Shown: piece by piece, positions 17,947 to 27,574 of the stretch
How the letters are laid out: each line of letters opens with the position of its first letter
Numbering within the stretch: the stretch's first letter is position 1
Source of the DNA: Solirubrobacterales bacterium
GTDB taxonomy: Bacteria; Actinomycetota; Thermoleophilia; Solirubrobacterales; Solirubrobacteraceae
Direction: 5' to 3'
DNA length: 64,000 nucleotides
NCBI GenBank assembly: GCA_025963965.1
Contig: JAOPZS010000044.1
Span: 4,170 to 68,169 of the forward strand
Made by a program: the position numbers and the translations under genes
The notes under the pieces: model-generated
Told to the model about the DNA's origin: nothing
The model's input: the letters and a program-made list of their open reading frames with translations, nothing else
The model's database searches: none

Positions 17947-19050
17947 TCAGGCGACGTCGCGGAGCTTCTGCGCCTCGGCGAGCGACTGCAGCTTCTTCAG
18001 TGACTGGTTCTCGATCTGACGGATGCGCTCGCGGGTCACGTTGAACGTGCGGCCGACCTCGTCGAGCGTGCGGGGATGCTCGCCGCCGAGGCCGTAGCGC
18101 AGCTCGAGCACTCGCCGTTCGCGGTAGGAGAGGTTCTCGAGCGCCTCGCGCAGCGCCTCCTTGGTGAGGATCTCGGCGGCGCGCTCGTAGGGGGACTCGG
18201 CGCGCTCGTCGGCAATGAACTGGCCGAACTCGGACTCCTCCTCGTCGCCGACGGGCTTCTCGAGCGAGACGGGGGCCTGGGCTGAGCGCTTGATCGAGTC
18301 GACCTCCTCCGGGTCGATGCCGGTGACCTCGGCGATCTCGTCGGCGGTGGGCTCACGGCCCAGCTCGGTGACGAGCTTGCGCTCGGCCCGGCCGATCTTG
18401 TTGAGCTTCTCGACGACGTGTACGGGGATGCGGATCGTGCGCGCCTTGTCGGCCAGGGCGCGGGCGATCGCCTGGCGGATCCACCAGGTCGCGTAGGTCG
18501 AGAACTTGAAGCCCTTGCGGTAGTCGAACTTCTCCGCGGCACGGACCAGGCCGAGCGTTCCCTCCTGGATCAGGTCGAGGAACGGCAGCCCCTGGTTGCG
18601 GTAGTTCTTTGCGATCGAGACGACCAGTCGCAGGTTCGACTCGACCATCTTCTGCTTGGCGTCGAGGTCGCCGCGCTCGAAGCGCTTGGCGAGGACGACC
18701 TCCTCCTGAGCGGTGAGCAGACGCACCTTGCCGATGTCCTTGAGGAACAGCTGCAGCGAGTCCGTCGTCATGTCCGGCTTCAGGTCGAGAGCCGTTTTGG
18801 CTTTGCGCCTGCCTCGTTTGTCCGGCGCGCGCTCGACGTTCGCCGCCGCCGCCGTTGCGGGATCGATGTCCTCGACGAGCTCGATCTCTGACTTCTCGAG
18901 GAACCCGTGGAGCTCCTCGACGTCCGACTCGTCCAGGTCGAGCTCGGACATCGCCTTCGTGATCTCCGTATAGGAGAGAACTCCCACCTGCTGCCCCTTG
19001 GCGAGCAGACCCTTGACCTCATCCAGCTCCTGCAGCTCGACTACTGACAT
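17947..19050 (-). CDS. rpoD: RpoD/SigA-family sigma-70 factor
   Basis: Region 1.1-like N-terminus, [41 protein letters not shown]. Confidence 0.92.
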   Translation of the reverse strand: MSVVELQELDEVKGLLAKGQQVGVLSYTEITKAMSELDLDESDVEELHGFLEKSEIELVEDIDPATAAAANVERAPDKRGRRKAKTALDLKPDMTTDSLQLFLKDIGKVRLLTAQEEVVLAKRFERGDLDAKQKMVESNLRLVVSIAKNYRNQGLPFLDLIQEGTLGLVRAAEKFDYRKGFKFSTYATWWIRQAIARALADKARTIRIPVHVVEKLNKIGRAERKLVTELGREPTADEIAEVTGIDPEEVDSIKRSAQAPVSLEKPVGDEEESEFGQFIADERAESPYERAAEILTKEALREALENLSYRERRVLELRYGLGGEHPRTLDEVGRTFNVTRERIRQIENQSLKKLQSLAEAQKLRDVA

Positions 19051-19327
19051 TCGTGATTCCGTTTCTTCCGTCGATCGACACCCAGAGGCGGCTCTTGGAC
19101 CCTGGGACCATGGCTGATGTCCTGCTCCGTCGGACACTTACGGCCGCAGCCCCGCCGACGTTACAGCCCTATCGGCTCACCGGGCTCCCATGCTAACGCG
19201 TCATGGCGAGAACGGACCGGTTGTCGATCGGCTTGCACCGCACTTTCCGTGCAGGCGCGGTCGCCCCTGCACGGACCCTCCGCGCGCCGTGCTGCGTGCG
19301 GCAGGCTGCCCGGCGCGGCCTTAAGCA

Positions 19328-19981
19328 ATGATGTGCCCCGTGAGCGGACCAGCGGAGAGCAACGGCCGCGCCGAGACTCCAGAGGACGGCGCCGGAGTGC
19401 TCGCGAACCTGCCCCGCACGCGCCCCCAGCGCGCGACCGCGCGCCGGGCAGCAGCACGCAGCCACGACGCACGCGAGACGCCACAGGGCAACGGCGGCTC
19501 CGGGGGGCGCAGCGCGGGCGCCGCCGGGCGCAAGAAGGCGCGTGGCGCGGCGAAACCGGCGGGCCGAGCCACCGCCAAGCCGGCCAAAAACAAAGCCGCC
19601 AAGCCGGTCAAAACCAAAGCCGCCAGGCCGGCCCGAGCCACCAAGCCGGCCAAAGCGGCCCGGCCGGCCAAAGCCGTGAAGCCGGCCACAGCGTCCAAAC
19701 CGGCGAAAGCTGCGACGGCCGCCAAGGCGAAGCCCGCCAAAGCTCCGACCGCGCGACGCTCTCGCACAGCGTCACCGAAGCGGCCGTTGAAGGCCGTCGA
19801 GGAGGCGATCCCGCGGCAGGGCTTCGAGTCACCGGACGATCGCGCGACCGGCGCCGTGCAGCCGCCGGGCGGCACCGAGTTCGTCGGCACTGCCGCAGAG
19901 ATCGTCAGCGAGCTGGCCAAGGCCGGCATCTCCGGGGGCGAGCGCCTGCTGCGCGACGTCCTCTCGCGCCTCGGCCGCTGA
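19328..19981 (+). CDS. Histone H1-like Lys/Ala/Pro-rich protein
   Basis: Repeated AKPA/ARPA units, basic, short helical C-terminus; start may be GTG 19340. Confidence 0.65.
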   Translation: MMCPVSGPAESNGRAETPEDGAGVLANLPRTRPQRATARRAAARSHDARETPQGNGGSGGRSAGAAGRKKARGAAKPAGRATAKPAKNKAAKPVKTKAARPARATKPAKAARPAKAVKPATASKPAKAATAAKAKPAKAPTARRSRTASPKRPLKAVEEAIPRQGFESPDDRATGAVQPPGGTEFVGTAAEIVSELAKAGISGGERLLRDVLSRLGR

Positions 19982-19999
19982 GATCCGCGAGGAGATATG

Positions 20000-20005
20000 T
20001 ATACT
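20000..20005 (+). promoter_or_regulatory. -10 element (TATACT) for the riboswitch-rlpA transcript
   Basis: TATACT 7 nt before the riboswitch P1. Confidence 0.6.
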
Positions 20006-20012
20006 GCCGCGC

Positions 20013-20159
20013 ACGCCGAGCTGCCCTGACTCAGGTCTAGGCAGACGGGGGACCCACTGCGGGCCTGAAGTCAGGTCCGCTGGGGCGAATCGGCCCAGCT
20101 GGGCCGTAGCGCCGCGACTCACGTCGATGCGCGAGCCCGTCAGCTCACCCCGTAGGCGT
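20013..20159 (+). ncRNA. c-di-AMP riboswitch (ydaO/yuaA family)
   Basis: ACGCCGAG..ACGGGGGACCCA..TGGGGCGAATC..GTAG..CGAGCCCGTCAGCTCACCCCGTAGGCGT matches the family consensus; sits directly 5' of a cell-wall enzyme. Confidence 0.85.
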
Positions 20160-20168
20160 CGACAGCGA

Positions 20169-20687
20169 ATGCGTATCGGATTGAAGACAGCCACGGTCGT
20201 GCTCACTCTCGCCACGGGCCTCTGCGCCCTCGGCACGGGAGTCGCAGCCACGTTCGCCTCGACCGGCGGCGCGAGCGCACCGAGCAGCTCGACGCCCGCG
20301 CCGGCCACCTCCACGACCGCACGGGTCCGCCCGTCCGGCGTCGCGACCTGGTTCGGCCCCGGCTTCTATGGCAAAAAGACGGCCTGCGGACAGACGCTGA
20401 CGCCCAGCGTGATCGGCGTCGCAAACCGCACGCTGCCATGCGGAACGCTGGTCAAGGTGGCCTACCAGAACCGCACGGTGACGCTCCCCGTTCTGGACCG
20501 TGGCCCGTACAGCCACATCGCCGACTGGGACCTGACCGCCGGTGCCGCGCGCGCCCTGGGCGTCGCCGACACGGTGCGAATCAAGACGCGCGTCGTCGGC
20601 AGAGCCGCAAACTCTCCGACGCTCGGCCTTCCCGCAACGCCTCCCCCCGCAGAAGCCCTCTCGGGCGGCGCCGTCGCCGCCGGCTGA
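20169..20687 (+). CDS. rlpA: RlpA-family (DPBB) lytic transglycosylase, secreted
   Basis: Signal peptide, ATWFG..TACG..ANRTLPCGT..DRGPY..DLTAGAARALG. Confidence 0.85.
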   Translation: MRIGLKTATVVLTLATGLCALGTGVAATFASTGGASAPSSSTPAPATSTTARVRPSGVATWFGPGFYGKKTACGQTLTPSVIGVANRTLPCGTLVKVAYQNRTVTLPVLDRGPYSHIADWDLTAGAARALGVADTVRIKTRVVGRAANSPTLGLPATPPPAEALSGGAVAAG

Positions 20688-20694
20688 GCAGCGC

Positions 20695-21954
20695 TCAGAG
20701 CTTCTCGTCCGCCCCCCCCGCCGCTCGAGCCGAGCGTGCGTCCCACCGCGCCGCGTACAGCCCGATGTCTGCGTGCGCCGCCAGCGCCGCGGCCTGCGTG
20801 CCGTCCTCGGGGCAGACGGCCGTGCCGCTCGAGACCGACACGGCCGATCCGCGGCGCGCAGCCGCCGCGGCGACCGCCTGCTCCAGGCGCGCGGCGAGTG
20901 CGTGGGCGCCGATCCGGTCGGAGCGCGGGACGAGCATCCAGTAGCGACCCTCGCGCTCTCTCGTCAACGCCCCCCCGCCCGCCGCACGCAGCTCCGCGTC
21001 CAGCGCCGCCTCGGCCTCCGCCTCGACCGGCCCGGCCGGATCGGTGCCGGCGAGCTCCAGCAGCACGACCGCGAACGGAAGCCCGTCGCGCTCGAAGCGC
21101 TCGAGCTGCTCCCCGATCGAGTGGATCCACGCTGCCGGACCCTGCTCGTGGCGCGCGTCGCGGATCGCGATCTCGCCGCGGTCGAACGGGCTGGGTGGCG
21201 CTGGAGGCCGTTGCGGGTGCACGGTCCGGGCCTCCGGCGAGCGGCGCTCACGGGCCGATCCTGCGGGCATCGAGCTCTCCGGTTGCTGCCGGCGGCGCGC
21301 AGCCGGCTCGAGCGCCGGCTCGCCGACCGGGCCGCGCTCGGGCTCGGGCTCGGGATCGGCGGGTGCATTCACGGTGCGATCGTCGACGATCACGATGCGA
21401 CTCTCCGGCGCGGATCGGGGTCCGGGCGGGCGTTCGGGAAACCTCGTCGGACGTGCCACGTGCGCCGTGCGCGCGCGTTCAGCCGCGGCGGCGCCGAGCG
21501 CAGCGCACACGTGGGCGAGACGGTCGGAGGCGCCACTTAGAAGTCGCTCGCGGGAGCGCTCCTCACGCACGCCGGCGAGCTCGTCGAGCAGGCTCTCCCA
21601 GAGCACGCCCCGCAGCACCTCGACGGCTTCGACGGCGCCCGCCGGCTCCCGCGCGCCCGACAGCGCTGCGGGCCGCTCGGAGTAAGCGGTCCCCCGCTCC
21701 GGCGCCTCGGCGCCGAGCAGGCGCTGGAGCTCGGCTTCGGAGCGGACCGCCCGCAGCACCTGACGGCACAGGCCGGGACCCTGCCTTGCGAGCTCCTCGA
21801 GTGAGATCCGCCCGAGTGCGGCGAGCGGGCGTGCCAGCACCAGCTCGGCGGCCCACCTGCGCGCCAGCTCCTCGGCGTGCTCCTCGAGCCGCTCCAGCGG
21901 CGCCTCGTCGACCGGACGGGCCCGCGGTGGGCGTCGGGCTTCCTCGTCGGCCAT
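20695..21954 (-). CDS. Degenerate GGDEF-fold protein with RsbRD_N-like N-terminus
   Basis: PFAVVLLEL, REREGRYWMLVP in place of RxGGDEF, VSSGTAVCPEDG..AHADIGLYAAR. Confidence 0.7.
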   Translation of the reverse strand: MADEEARRPPRARPVDEAPLERLEEHAEELARRWAAELVLARPLAALGRISLEELARQGPGLCRQVLRAVRSEAELQRLLGAEAPERGTAYSERPAALSGAREPAGAVEAVEVLRGVLWESLLDELAGVREERSRERLLSGASDRLAHVCAALGAAAAERARTAHVARPTRFPERPPGPRSAPESRIVIVDDRTVNAPADPEPEPERGPVGEPALEPAARRRQQPESSMPAGSARERRSPEARTVHPQRPPAPPSPFDRGEIAIRDARHEQGPAAWIHSIGEQLERFERDGLPFAVVLLELAGTDPAGPVEAEAEAALDAELRAAGGGALTREREGRYWMLVPRSDRIGAHALAARLEQAVAAAAARRGSAVSVSSGTAVCPEDGTQAAALAAHADIGLYAARWDARSARAAGGADEKL

Positions 21955-22044
21955 GCACGTTGAATAGCAGCAAGCGGGGACGCGATCGACCCGAACGTGC
22001 CTGCCGGGATAGCCTGCTGTCCCGGTGCCCGGCGCGGAGTCCAG

Positions 22045-22731
22045 ATGACGGCATTGTGGATCGTGCTCGCGGCGCTCGCCGCGCTCGCCGTCGCCCTGGC
22101 GGCGTCGATGCTGCTTCGCGCGCGCGGCGGCGCGCGCGGCCGCGCGCGCGCCTCGATCGAGCGCCTCACCAACGACACGTCCGTCGACCGCGAGTCCGGC
22201 GCGGTGCGATCGGTTCAGCGCGCCGACCTGCTGATCGAGCGCGACGCCCTCGAAGAGATCTGGACGCCGGTGCAGCTCGAGCGCCTGGCGCGCACGTACT
22301 GGCGCTTCCTCACCCGTGTCACGCTCGGCCTCATAAGGGTCCACTACAGCGAGCGCGGGCGCTCGGTCGTGCTGCTGACCGAGCCGCTGCGGCTGTTGAC
22401 GTTCGAGCCGCCCGAGTACGAGATGGACGCCGCCCGCGGTCTTGTCCGCTGGCGTATCGAGCGTGGCCTGCTGGTCTCGCGCCGCGGCCGCGACGGCGCC
22501 GGCTACCTGCAGATCGAGGTCTCCCGCAAGCCGGATGATCGCTCCGAGCGCCAGGTCCTGCACGTCGAGGTAGCTGTCGTGAACTTCTATCCCTCGATCG
22601 CCTCCGGTTTGGGCCTGCGCCTGTACGACGCGACTCAGTCACGGATCCACGTAATCGTCACCTACGGCTTTTTGCGCTCGCTCGCTCGGCTCGACCTCGC
22701 CGAGTCTCGCGTCGGGCGCTTCCTGACGTAG
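22045..22731 (+). CDS. Hypothetical membrane-anchored protein
   Basis: N-terminal TM helix and globular C-terminal region; typical codon usage. Confidence 0.65.
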   Translation: MTALWIVLAALAALAVALAASMLLRARGGARGRARASIERLTNDTSVDRESGAVRSVQRADLLIERDALEEIWTPVQLERLARTYWRFLTRVTLGLIRVHYSERGRSVVLLTEPLRLLTFEPPEYEMDAARGLVRWRIERGLLVSRRGRDGAGYLQIEVSRKPDDRSERQVLHVEVAVVNFYPSIASGLGLRLYDATQSRIHVIVTYGFLRSLARLDLAESRVGRFLT

Positions 22732-22737
22732 TAGCGC

Positions 22738-23292
22738 TCAGCGCGGGCCGAGCGCGTCGGTGGCGCCCGGCAGCCGCACGACGGGCTCCTGAGTCTCGAG
22801 CCCGACGGTCGCGATCAGCCGGGCGAGACCCATGTAGTTGGCGATCACCAGCAGCAGCTCGACGACGCCGCGGTCGCCGAGGCGCTCACGCATCGCCGTC
22901 ACAGCCTCCTCCCCTGCGGATCCGTCGAGGAGCACTTCACGCGTGAAGGACAGGACCGCGCGCTGCTCGGGCGCGATCGAGTCCGACTGCTCAGAGCCGG
23001 CGCGGATCGCCGCGACCAGCTCGGGGGCGGCGCCGAAGGATTCCGCGATCGGCACGTGCTGGGTCCACTCGTACTCCGAGTCAGACAGGTGAGCGACCTG
23101 CAGGATCGACAGCTCCCGCAGCAACGGGTCGAGCTGCAGGCTTCGCAGCAGCGCGTTGCTGTAGGCCAGCCATGGCTCGAAGGCGCTGTCTGCGTGGCCG
23201 ACGATCCCCAGCAGCGCCAGCGGCGTGCTGGCGATGATCCTGCCGATCTGCTCGGGGGCGTCGGCCGGATCGCGCAGAGGGAGGCGGGGCAT
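22738..23292 (-). CDS. Carboxymuconolactone decarboxylase (AhpD-like) family protein
   Basis: LRELSILQVAHL..SEYEWTQH, VELLLVIANY. Confidence 0.85.
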   Translation of the reverse strand: MPRLPLRDPADAPEQIGRIIASTPLALLGIVGHADSAFEPWLAYSNALLRSLQLDPLLRELSILQVAHLSDSEYEWTQHVPIAESFGAAPELVAAIRAGSEQSDSIAPEQRAVLSFTREVLLDGSAGEEAVTAMRERLGDRGVVELLLVIANYMGLARLIATVGLETQEPVVRLPGATDALGPR

Positions 23293-23328
23293 CGCGCGGA
23301 TGCTACCCCGAGGCGCCCGGCGGGGAGC

Positions 23329-24513
23329 TCAGATCGCGGCTCCCCGGTACGGGCCCGGCTTGGGCCGCACGCGCCCACCGGGGAAGGCGAGCCGCAGGAT
23401 CGTGCGGTGGACGGTGCCGAGCTGGCGATGAAACGGCCCGGTGTTGTAGGGCAGGTCATAGCGCTCGCAGACGTCGCGCACCTGCGGGGCGATCTCGGCG
23501 TAGCGGCTGGAGGGCATGTCCGGGAACAGGTGGTGCTCGACCTGGAAGCTGAGGTTGCCCGAGAGGAAGTGGAACAGCGGTCCTCCGTCGATGTTGGCGG
23601 CGCCAAGCAGCTGGCGGACGTACCAGCCCCCGCGCGTCTCATCGGCGACCTCGTCCTCGCTGAACGTGTACGTCTGGTCGGGGAAATGCCCGCAGAAGAT
23701 GATCGAGTAGGCCCACAGGTTGCGGACGATGTTCGCCGTGAAGTTCGCCGTCACCGTCGACTTGAAGCTGCGGCGGGCCTCGCGCCGGCCGGAGAGGACG
23801 CCGTTCAGCCCCGCCGAGAGCGCCGGGAAAGCGAGGTAGTCCTTGACGATCTGCCGGCGTGCCTTCAGGCCGATCGCCTTCAGCTCCTCGAGCGCCTGCG
23901 CCTTCGGCTTCTCACCGGCCCGGATCGCGTCGAAGTTGAGGTCGTGCATCGCCACGCCCCACTCGAAGAACCCCATCAGCAGCAGGTTGTAGAGCGGCTG
24001 AAGCAGGTAGACCGGGTGCCATTTCTGGTGCGGGTCGATGCGCATGATCTCGTAGCCGAGGTCGCGATCCTTGCCGCGGATGTTCGTGAAGGTGTGGTGC
24101 TCGTAGTTGTGTGAGTGCCGCCAGGCGTCGGCGGGCGAGGCCGTGTCCCAGTCCCAGTTGCGCGAGTTGATGTCGGGATCGTTCATCCAGTCCCATTGCC
24201 CGTGCATCACGTTGTGACCGATCTCCATGTTCTCGAGGATCTTGGCCAGCGACAGCGCCGCGGTCCCGGCCAGCCACGCCGGGCGGCGCCGGGAGAGCAG
24301 AAGCGTCACGCGCGCCGCGAGCACGAGCTGCCGGTGCAGGCGGATCGTGGAGCGGATGTAGCGCGCGTCGCGCTCGCCGAGATCGGCGTAGACCTGATCG
24401 TGGATCGCGTCGAACTCGCGCCCGAGCGCGTCGATCTGCTCACGCGTCAGGCGCGCGAGCGGGCTCGGAGGCTCCTCAATGGTGGACGGGCGATCGGTGA
24501 GCGTTGCTGACAT
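23329..24513 (-). CDS. Acyl-CoA desaturase (DesA3-like)
   Basis: His boxes HNVMH, HNYEHH, QVEHH. Confidence 0.93.
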   Translation of the reverse strand: MSATLTDRPSTIEEPPSPLARLTREQIDALGREFDAIHDQVYADLGERDARYIRSTIRLHRQLVLAARVTLLLSRRRPAWLAGTAALSLAKILENMEIGHNVMHGQWDWMNDPDINSRNWDWDTASPADAWRHSHNYEHHTFTNIRGKDRDLGYEIMRIDPHQKWHPVYLLQPLYNLLLMGFFEWGVAMHDLNFDAIRAGEKPKAQALEELKAIGLKARRQIVKDYLAFPALSAGLNGVLSGRREARRSFKSTVTANFTANIVRNLWAYSIIFCGHFPDQTYTFSEDEVADETRGGWYVRQLLGAANIDGGPLFHFLSGNLSFQVEHHLFPDMPSSRYAEIAPQVRDVCERYDLPYNTGPFHRQLGTVHRTILRLAFPGGRVRPKPGPYRGAAI

Positions 24514-24528
24514 GCCTCGGTTCCTTTC

Positions 24529-25629
24529 TCAGAGGTCGATCTCGACGGCGCCCTCGGGCGCATTCACACAGGTTCTGACGAGTTCCCCGGCCTGGCCGAG
24601 CACCTCTCCGGTCCGGAGGTCTCGCACGCGGCCGGAGCGCAGCCGCCCGACGCAGCTGTGGCAGATGCCCATCCGGCAGCCGAAGGGAAGCGTCGCGCCG
24701 GCCTGCTCGCCGGCTAGGAGGATCGGCTGGGCACCGTCGCTGCGCGCCTCCACGCCGCTGGAGCAGAACCGGATTGCGCCACCGCTGCCGCGCCCGCCGG
24801 CCCCGATCAGCTCATCCGGCTGGAAGTGCTCGTGGTGCAGGCGCGAGGTGTCGCCGTCGCGCTCGTAGTGCTCTTTGAGCGCGGCCAGCAGCCCCGCGGG
24901 CCCGCAGATGAACGTCTCGCGCTCGCGCCAGTCCGGGCAGATCCGATCGAGCTCGGCGGCGCGCAGGCGGCCCTCCGCCGAGCTGTGGCGCTCGTGCAGC
25001 CGGTACCCCGGCGCCCGCCGGTCGAGCTCGCGAAGCTCCTGCCCGAAGATCGCCGTGGCCGGCTCGCGCGCACAGTGGATGTGCACGATGTCACGCAGCG
25101 TCCCTGCGCGCTCGAGGCTGCGCAGCATCGCGACGATCGGCGTCACGCCGCTGCCCGCGCTGATGAACAGAAGCCTCTCGGGGACCGGGTCGGGCAGCAC
25201 GAACGTCCCTTCGACGCCGCCCAGGCGGACGATCGTCCCGGGACGCAGCCGCCCGCAGAGAAACGGGGAGACGACACCGCTGTGGAGCAGCTTCGGGGTG
25301 ATCGTGATGCAGCCGTCGGGGCGCCCGGGGTCGGAGGTCAGCGAGTAGGCACGCCAGTGGTGCTTGCCGTCGACCTCGATGCCGAGCCGGATGTACTGCC
25401 CGGCGCGGTGACCGGGCCACTCCCAGCCGGGCTTGATCAGGACCGTCACGGCATCGTCGGTCTCGCGCTTGATCCGCTCGACCCGTCCGCGCAGCTCGCG
25501 CGTGGACCACAGCGGGTTGATCATCTCCAGGTAATCGTCCGGGAGCAGCGGCGAGGTGAAGGACCGCGCCAGCGCCAGCGCGCGGCGTCCGAGCGCCGGG
25601 ACCTGCGGGGTGGCGCCGCGCTCAGCCAT
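24529..25629 (-). CDS. Ferredoxin reductase partner of the desaturase (Rv3230c-like)
   Basis: RAYSL FAD motif, AGSGVTP, C-terminal 2Fe-2S CRMGICHSC..C. Confidence 0.92.
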   Translation of the reverse strand: MAERGATPQVPALGRRALALARSFTSPLLPDDYLEMINPLWSTRELRGRVERIKRETDDAVTVLIKPGWEWPGHRAGQYIRLGIEVDGKHHWRAYSLTSDPGRPDGCITITPKLLHSGVVSPFLCGRLRPGTIVRLGGVEGTFVLPDPVPERLLFISAGSGVTPIVAMLRSLERAGTLRDIVHIHCAREPATAIFGQELRELDRRAPGYRLHERHSSAEGRLRAAELDRICPDWRERETFICGPAGLLAALKEHYERDGDTSRLHHEHFQPDELIGAGGRGSGGAIRFCSSGVEARSDGAQPILLAGEQAGATLPFGCRMGICHSCVGRLRSGRVRDLRTGEVLGQAGELVRTCVNAPEGAVEIDL

Positions 25630-25687
25630 GCTTCACGCGCTCGCTGTGTGGGTTGTCGATGCTGCGATCCATTAGCCCTGGTTCCAT

Positions 25688-25722
25688 GTTACCTGGTTTG
25701 AGGTCACATCAAACATGGTAAC
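25688..25722. promoter_or_regulatory. Imperfect inverted repeat, putative operator between the desaturase operon and the MerR regulator
   Basis: GTTACCTGGTTTGA-N7-TCAAACATGGTAAC; 12/14 complementary; AT-rich. Confidence 0.6.
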
Positions 25723-25734
25723 CTTGTTAGGAGG

Positions 25735-26502
25735 ATGTCAAGTGTGAGCGTGGACACGCACGAGCCCGCCGAGTCGGCCCCGCACGACCTCACGATCGAG
25801 CAGCTCGCCGGCGAGGTCGGGATGTCGGTGCGCAACATCCGCAACCACCATTCACGCGGGCTGCTCGCGCCCCCCGAGGTGCGAGCCCGGGTCGGCTACT
25901 ACAGCGCCGAGCACGTCGCGCGCCTGCGCCTGATCCAGGACCTGCAGGCGGACGGCTTCAACCTCGCCTCGATCGAACGCCTGCTGAGTGGCTCGGATGG
26001 GCTCGCCGGACGGCTGCTCGGGCTGCGGGCGGCCGTCACGGCGCCCTTCGAGCCCGAGACCCCGGAGGTCGTGACGGGGACCGAACTGCAGGAGCGATTC
26101 GGCGAGGCGAGCCCGAAGGACCTCGAGCGGGTGCGCCGGCTACGCGTGCTCGTGCCGCTGGGCGAGGACCGCTTCGAAGTCACGAGCCCGGCGCTGCTCG
26201 CCGCAGCCGAGCAGGTGATGGCACTCGGCATCCCGCTGCGCACGACGCTCGAGCTGATCGAGCGCGTCGGCAGGGACTGCGACTCGGTCGCGCGCAGCTT
26301 CACGAAGCTGTTCCTGCGCGAGCTGTGGGAGCCGTTCGAGAAGGCCGGTCAGCCGGAGGAGCGCTGGGACGAGCTGATCCAGTCGGTCGACTCGCTGCGC
26401 CCGCTCGCCTCCGAGGCTCTGCTGGCGATGTTCAAGCTGCGCATGACAGGTCAGCTCGAGCAGGCCTTCGGCAAGGTCATCGAGCACCAGGCCAGGCGCT
26501 AG
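25735..26502 (+). CDS. MerR-family transcriptional regulator
   Basis: LTIEQLA..GMSVRNIR..GLL.PP..RVGYY..RLRLI; AGGAGG just upstream. Confidence 0.9.
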   Translation: MSSVSVDTHEPAESAPHDLTIEQLAGEVGMSVRNIRNHHSRGLLAPPEVRARVGYYSAEHVARLRLIQDLQADGFNLASIERLLSGSDGLAGRLLGLRAAVTAPFEPETPEVVTGTELQERFGEASPKDLERVRRLRVLVPLGEDRFEVTSPALLAAAEQVMALGIPLRTTLELIERVGRDCDSVARSFTKLFLRELWEPFEKAGQPEERWDELIQSVDSLRPLASEALLAMFKLRMTGQLEQAFGKVIEHQARR

Positions 26503-26527
26503 ATCCTCGCCTGTCAGACGGGAGCGA

Positions 26528-27529
26528 CTAGAACCGCTCGCCGCCGACAGCGCGCAGCTTCGAGCGGTCGTGCGTCGCGCGGATCCGGCGGATCGTGCCA
26601 GAGCGGGTACGGGTGACGAGCGATTCGGTCGTGGCACCGCCGGCACTGGGGTAGCGCACACCCTGCAGCACGTCGCCGTCGGTGATCCCCGTGGCCGAGA
26701 AGAACACGTCCTCGCCGGCGACGAGATCGTCGCGGTCGAGCACCTTCTCCAGGTCATAGCCCGCCTCGAGCGCCGCGTCTCGCTCCACGTCATCGCGCGG
26801 CCACAGCCGCCCCAGCAGCTGGCCGCCGACGCACTTCACGGCCGCCGCCGAGATCACGCCCTCAGGCGTGCCGCCGATCCCCCACAAAAGGTCGACGGGT
26901 GAGCGCTCGGTGACCGCGAGCAGCGCGGCGGAGACGTCGCCGTGCGGGATCAGCCGCACCCTGGCGCCGGCCGCGCGGATCGCCGCGATCCCCTGCTCGT
27001 GGCGGGGACGGTCGAGCACGACGACCATCACGTCGCTGAGCGGGCACCTCCTGCGCTCGGCGATCAGCTTCACGGTCTCGCCGAGCGGGCGGTCGAGGTC
27101 GAGCAGGTCGGCGATCTCCGGAGCACCGGCGAGCTTTTCCATGTACACGCAGGGCCCCGGGTCGAACATCGTTCCGCGCGCCGACAGCGCGATCACGGCA
27201 AGCGCGCTCGGCATCCCGTTCGCCGCCAGCGTCGTGCCCTCCAGCGGGTCGACGGCGATGTCGACCTCCGGAGGTGAGCCGTCGCCGATCTGCTCGCCGT
27301 TGTAGAGCATCGGCGCCTCGTCCTTCTCCCCCTCGCCGATCACGACGACGCCGTCCATCTGCACGGACTGCAGCATGTAGCGCATGCCGTCCACGGCGGC
27401 CTGGTCGGCCTCCTCCTTGTCGCCGCTGCCGACGAGCGGCGCGGCGGCGAGCGCGGCCGCCTCGGTGACCCTGACCAGCTCCAGAGCGAGGTTGCGGTCG
27501 GGCAACGACGGGTGCGGGTCGGCGTTCAC
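26528..27529 (-). CDS. glpX: Class II fructose-1,6-bisphosphatase
   Basis: VVIGEGEKDEAPML, DPLEGT, YMEK, DRPRH, GGTPEG. Confidence 0.95.
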   Translation of the reverse strand: MNADPHPSLPDRNLALELVRVTEAAALAAAPLVGSGDKEEADQAAVDGMRYMLQSVQMDGVVVIGEGEKDEAPMLYNGEQIGDGSPPEVDIAVDPLEGTTLAANGMPSALAVIALSARGTMFDPGPCVYMEKLAGAPEIADLLDLDRPLGETVKLIAERRRCPLSDVMVVVLDRPRHEQGIAAIRAAGARVRLIPHGDVSAALLAVTERSPVDLLWGIGGTPEGVISAAAVKCVGGQLLGRLWPRDDVERDAALEAGYDLEKVLDRDDLVAGEDVFFSATGITDGDVLQGVRYPSAGGATTESLVTRTRSGTIRRIRATHDRSKLRAVGGERF

Positions 27530-27574
27530 GGTCCCGAGAACCTATAGGAGCCGTGATCGCACTACGATCGTGGC

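Noticed and set aside
19550-19745. GCCAAGCCGGCC-like repeats as CRISPR or a DNA repeat element
   Set aside because: Degenerate, in-frame coding repeats of the AKPA protein, with no spacer structure.
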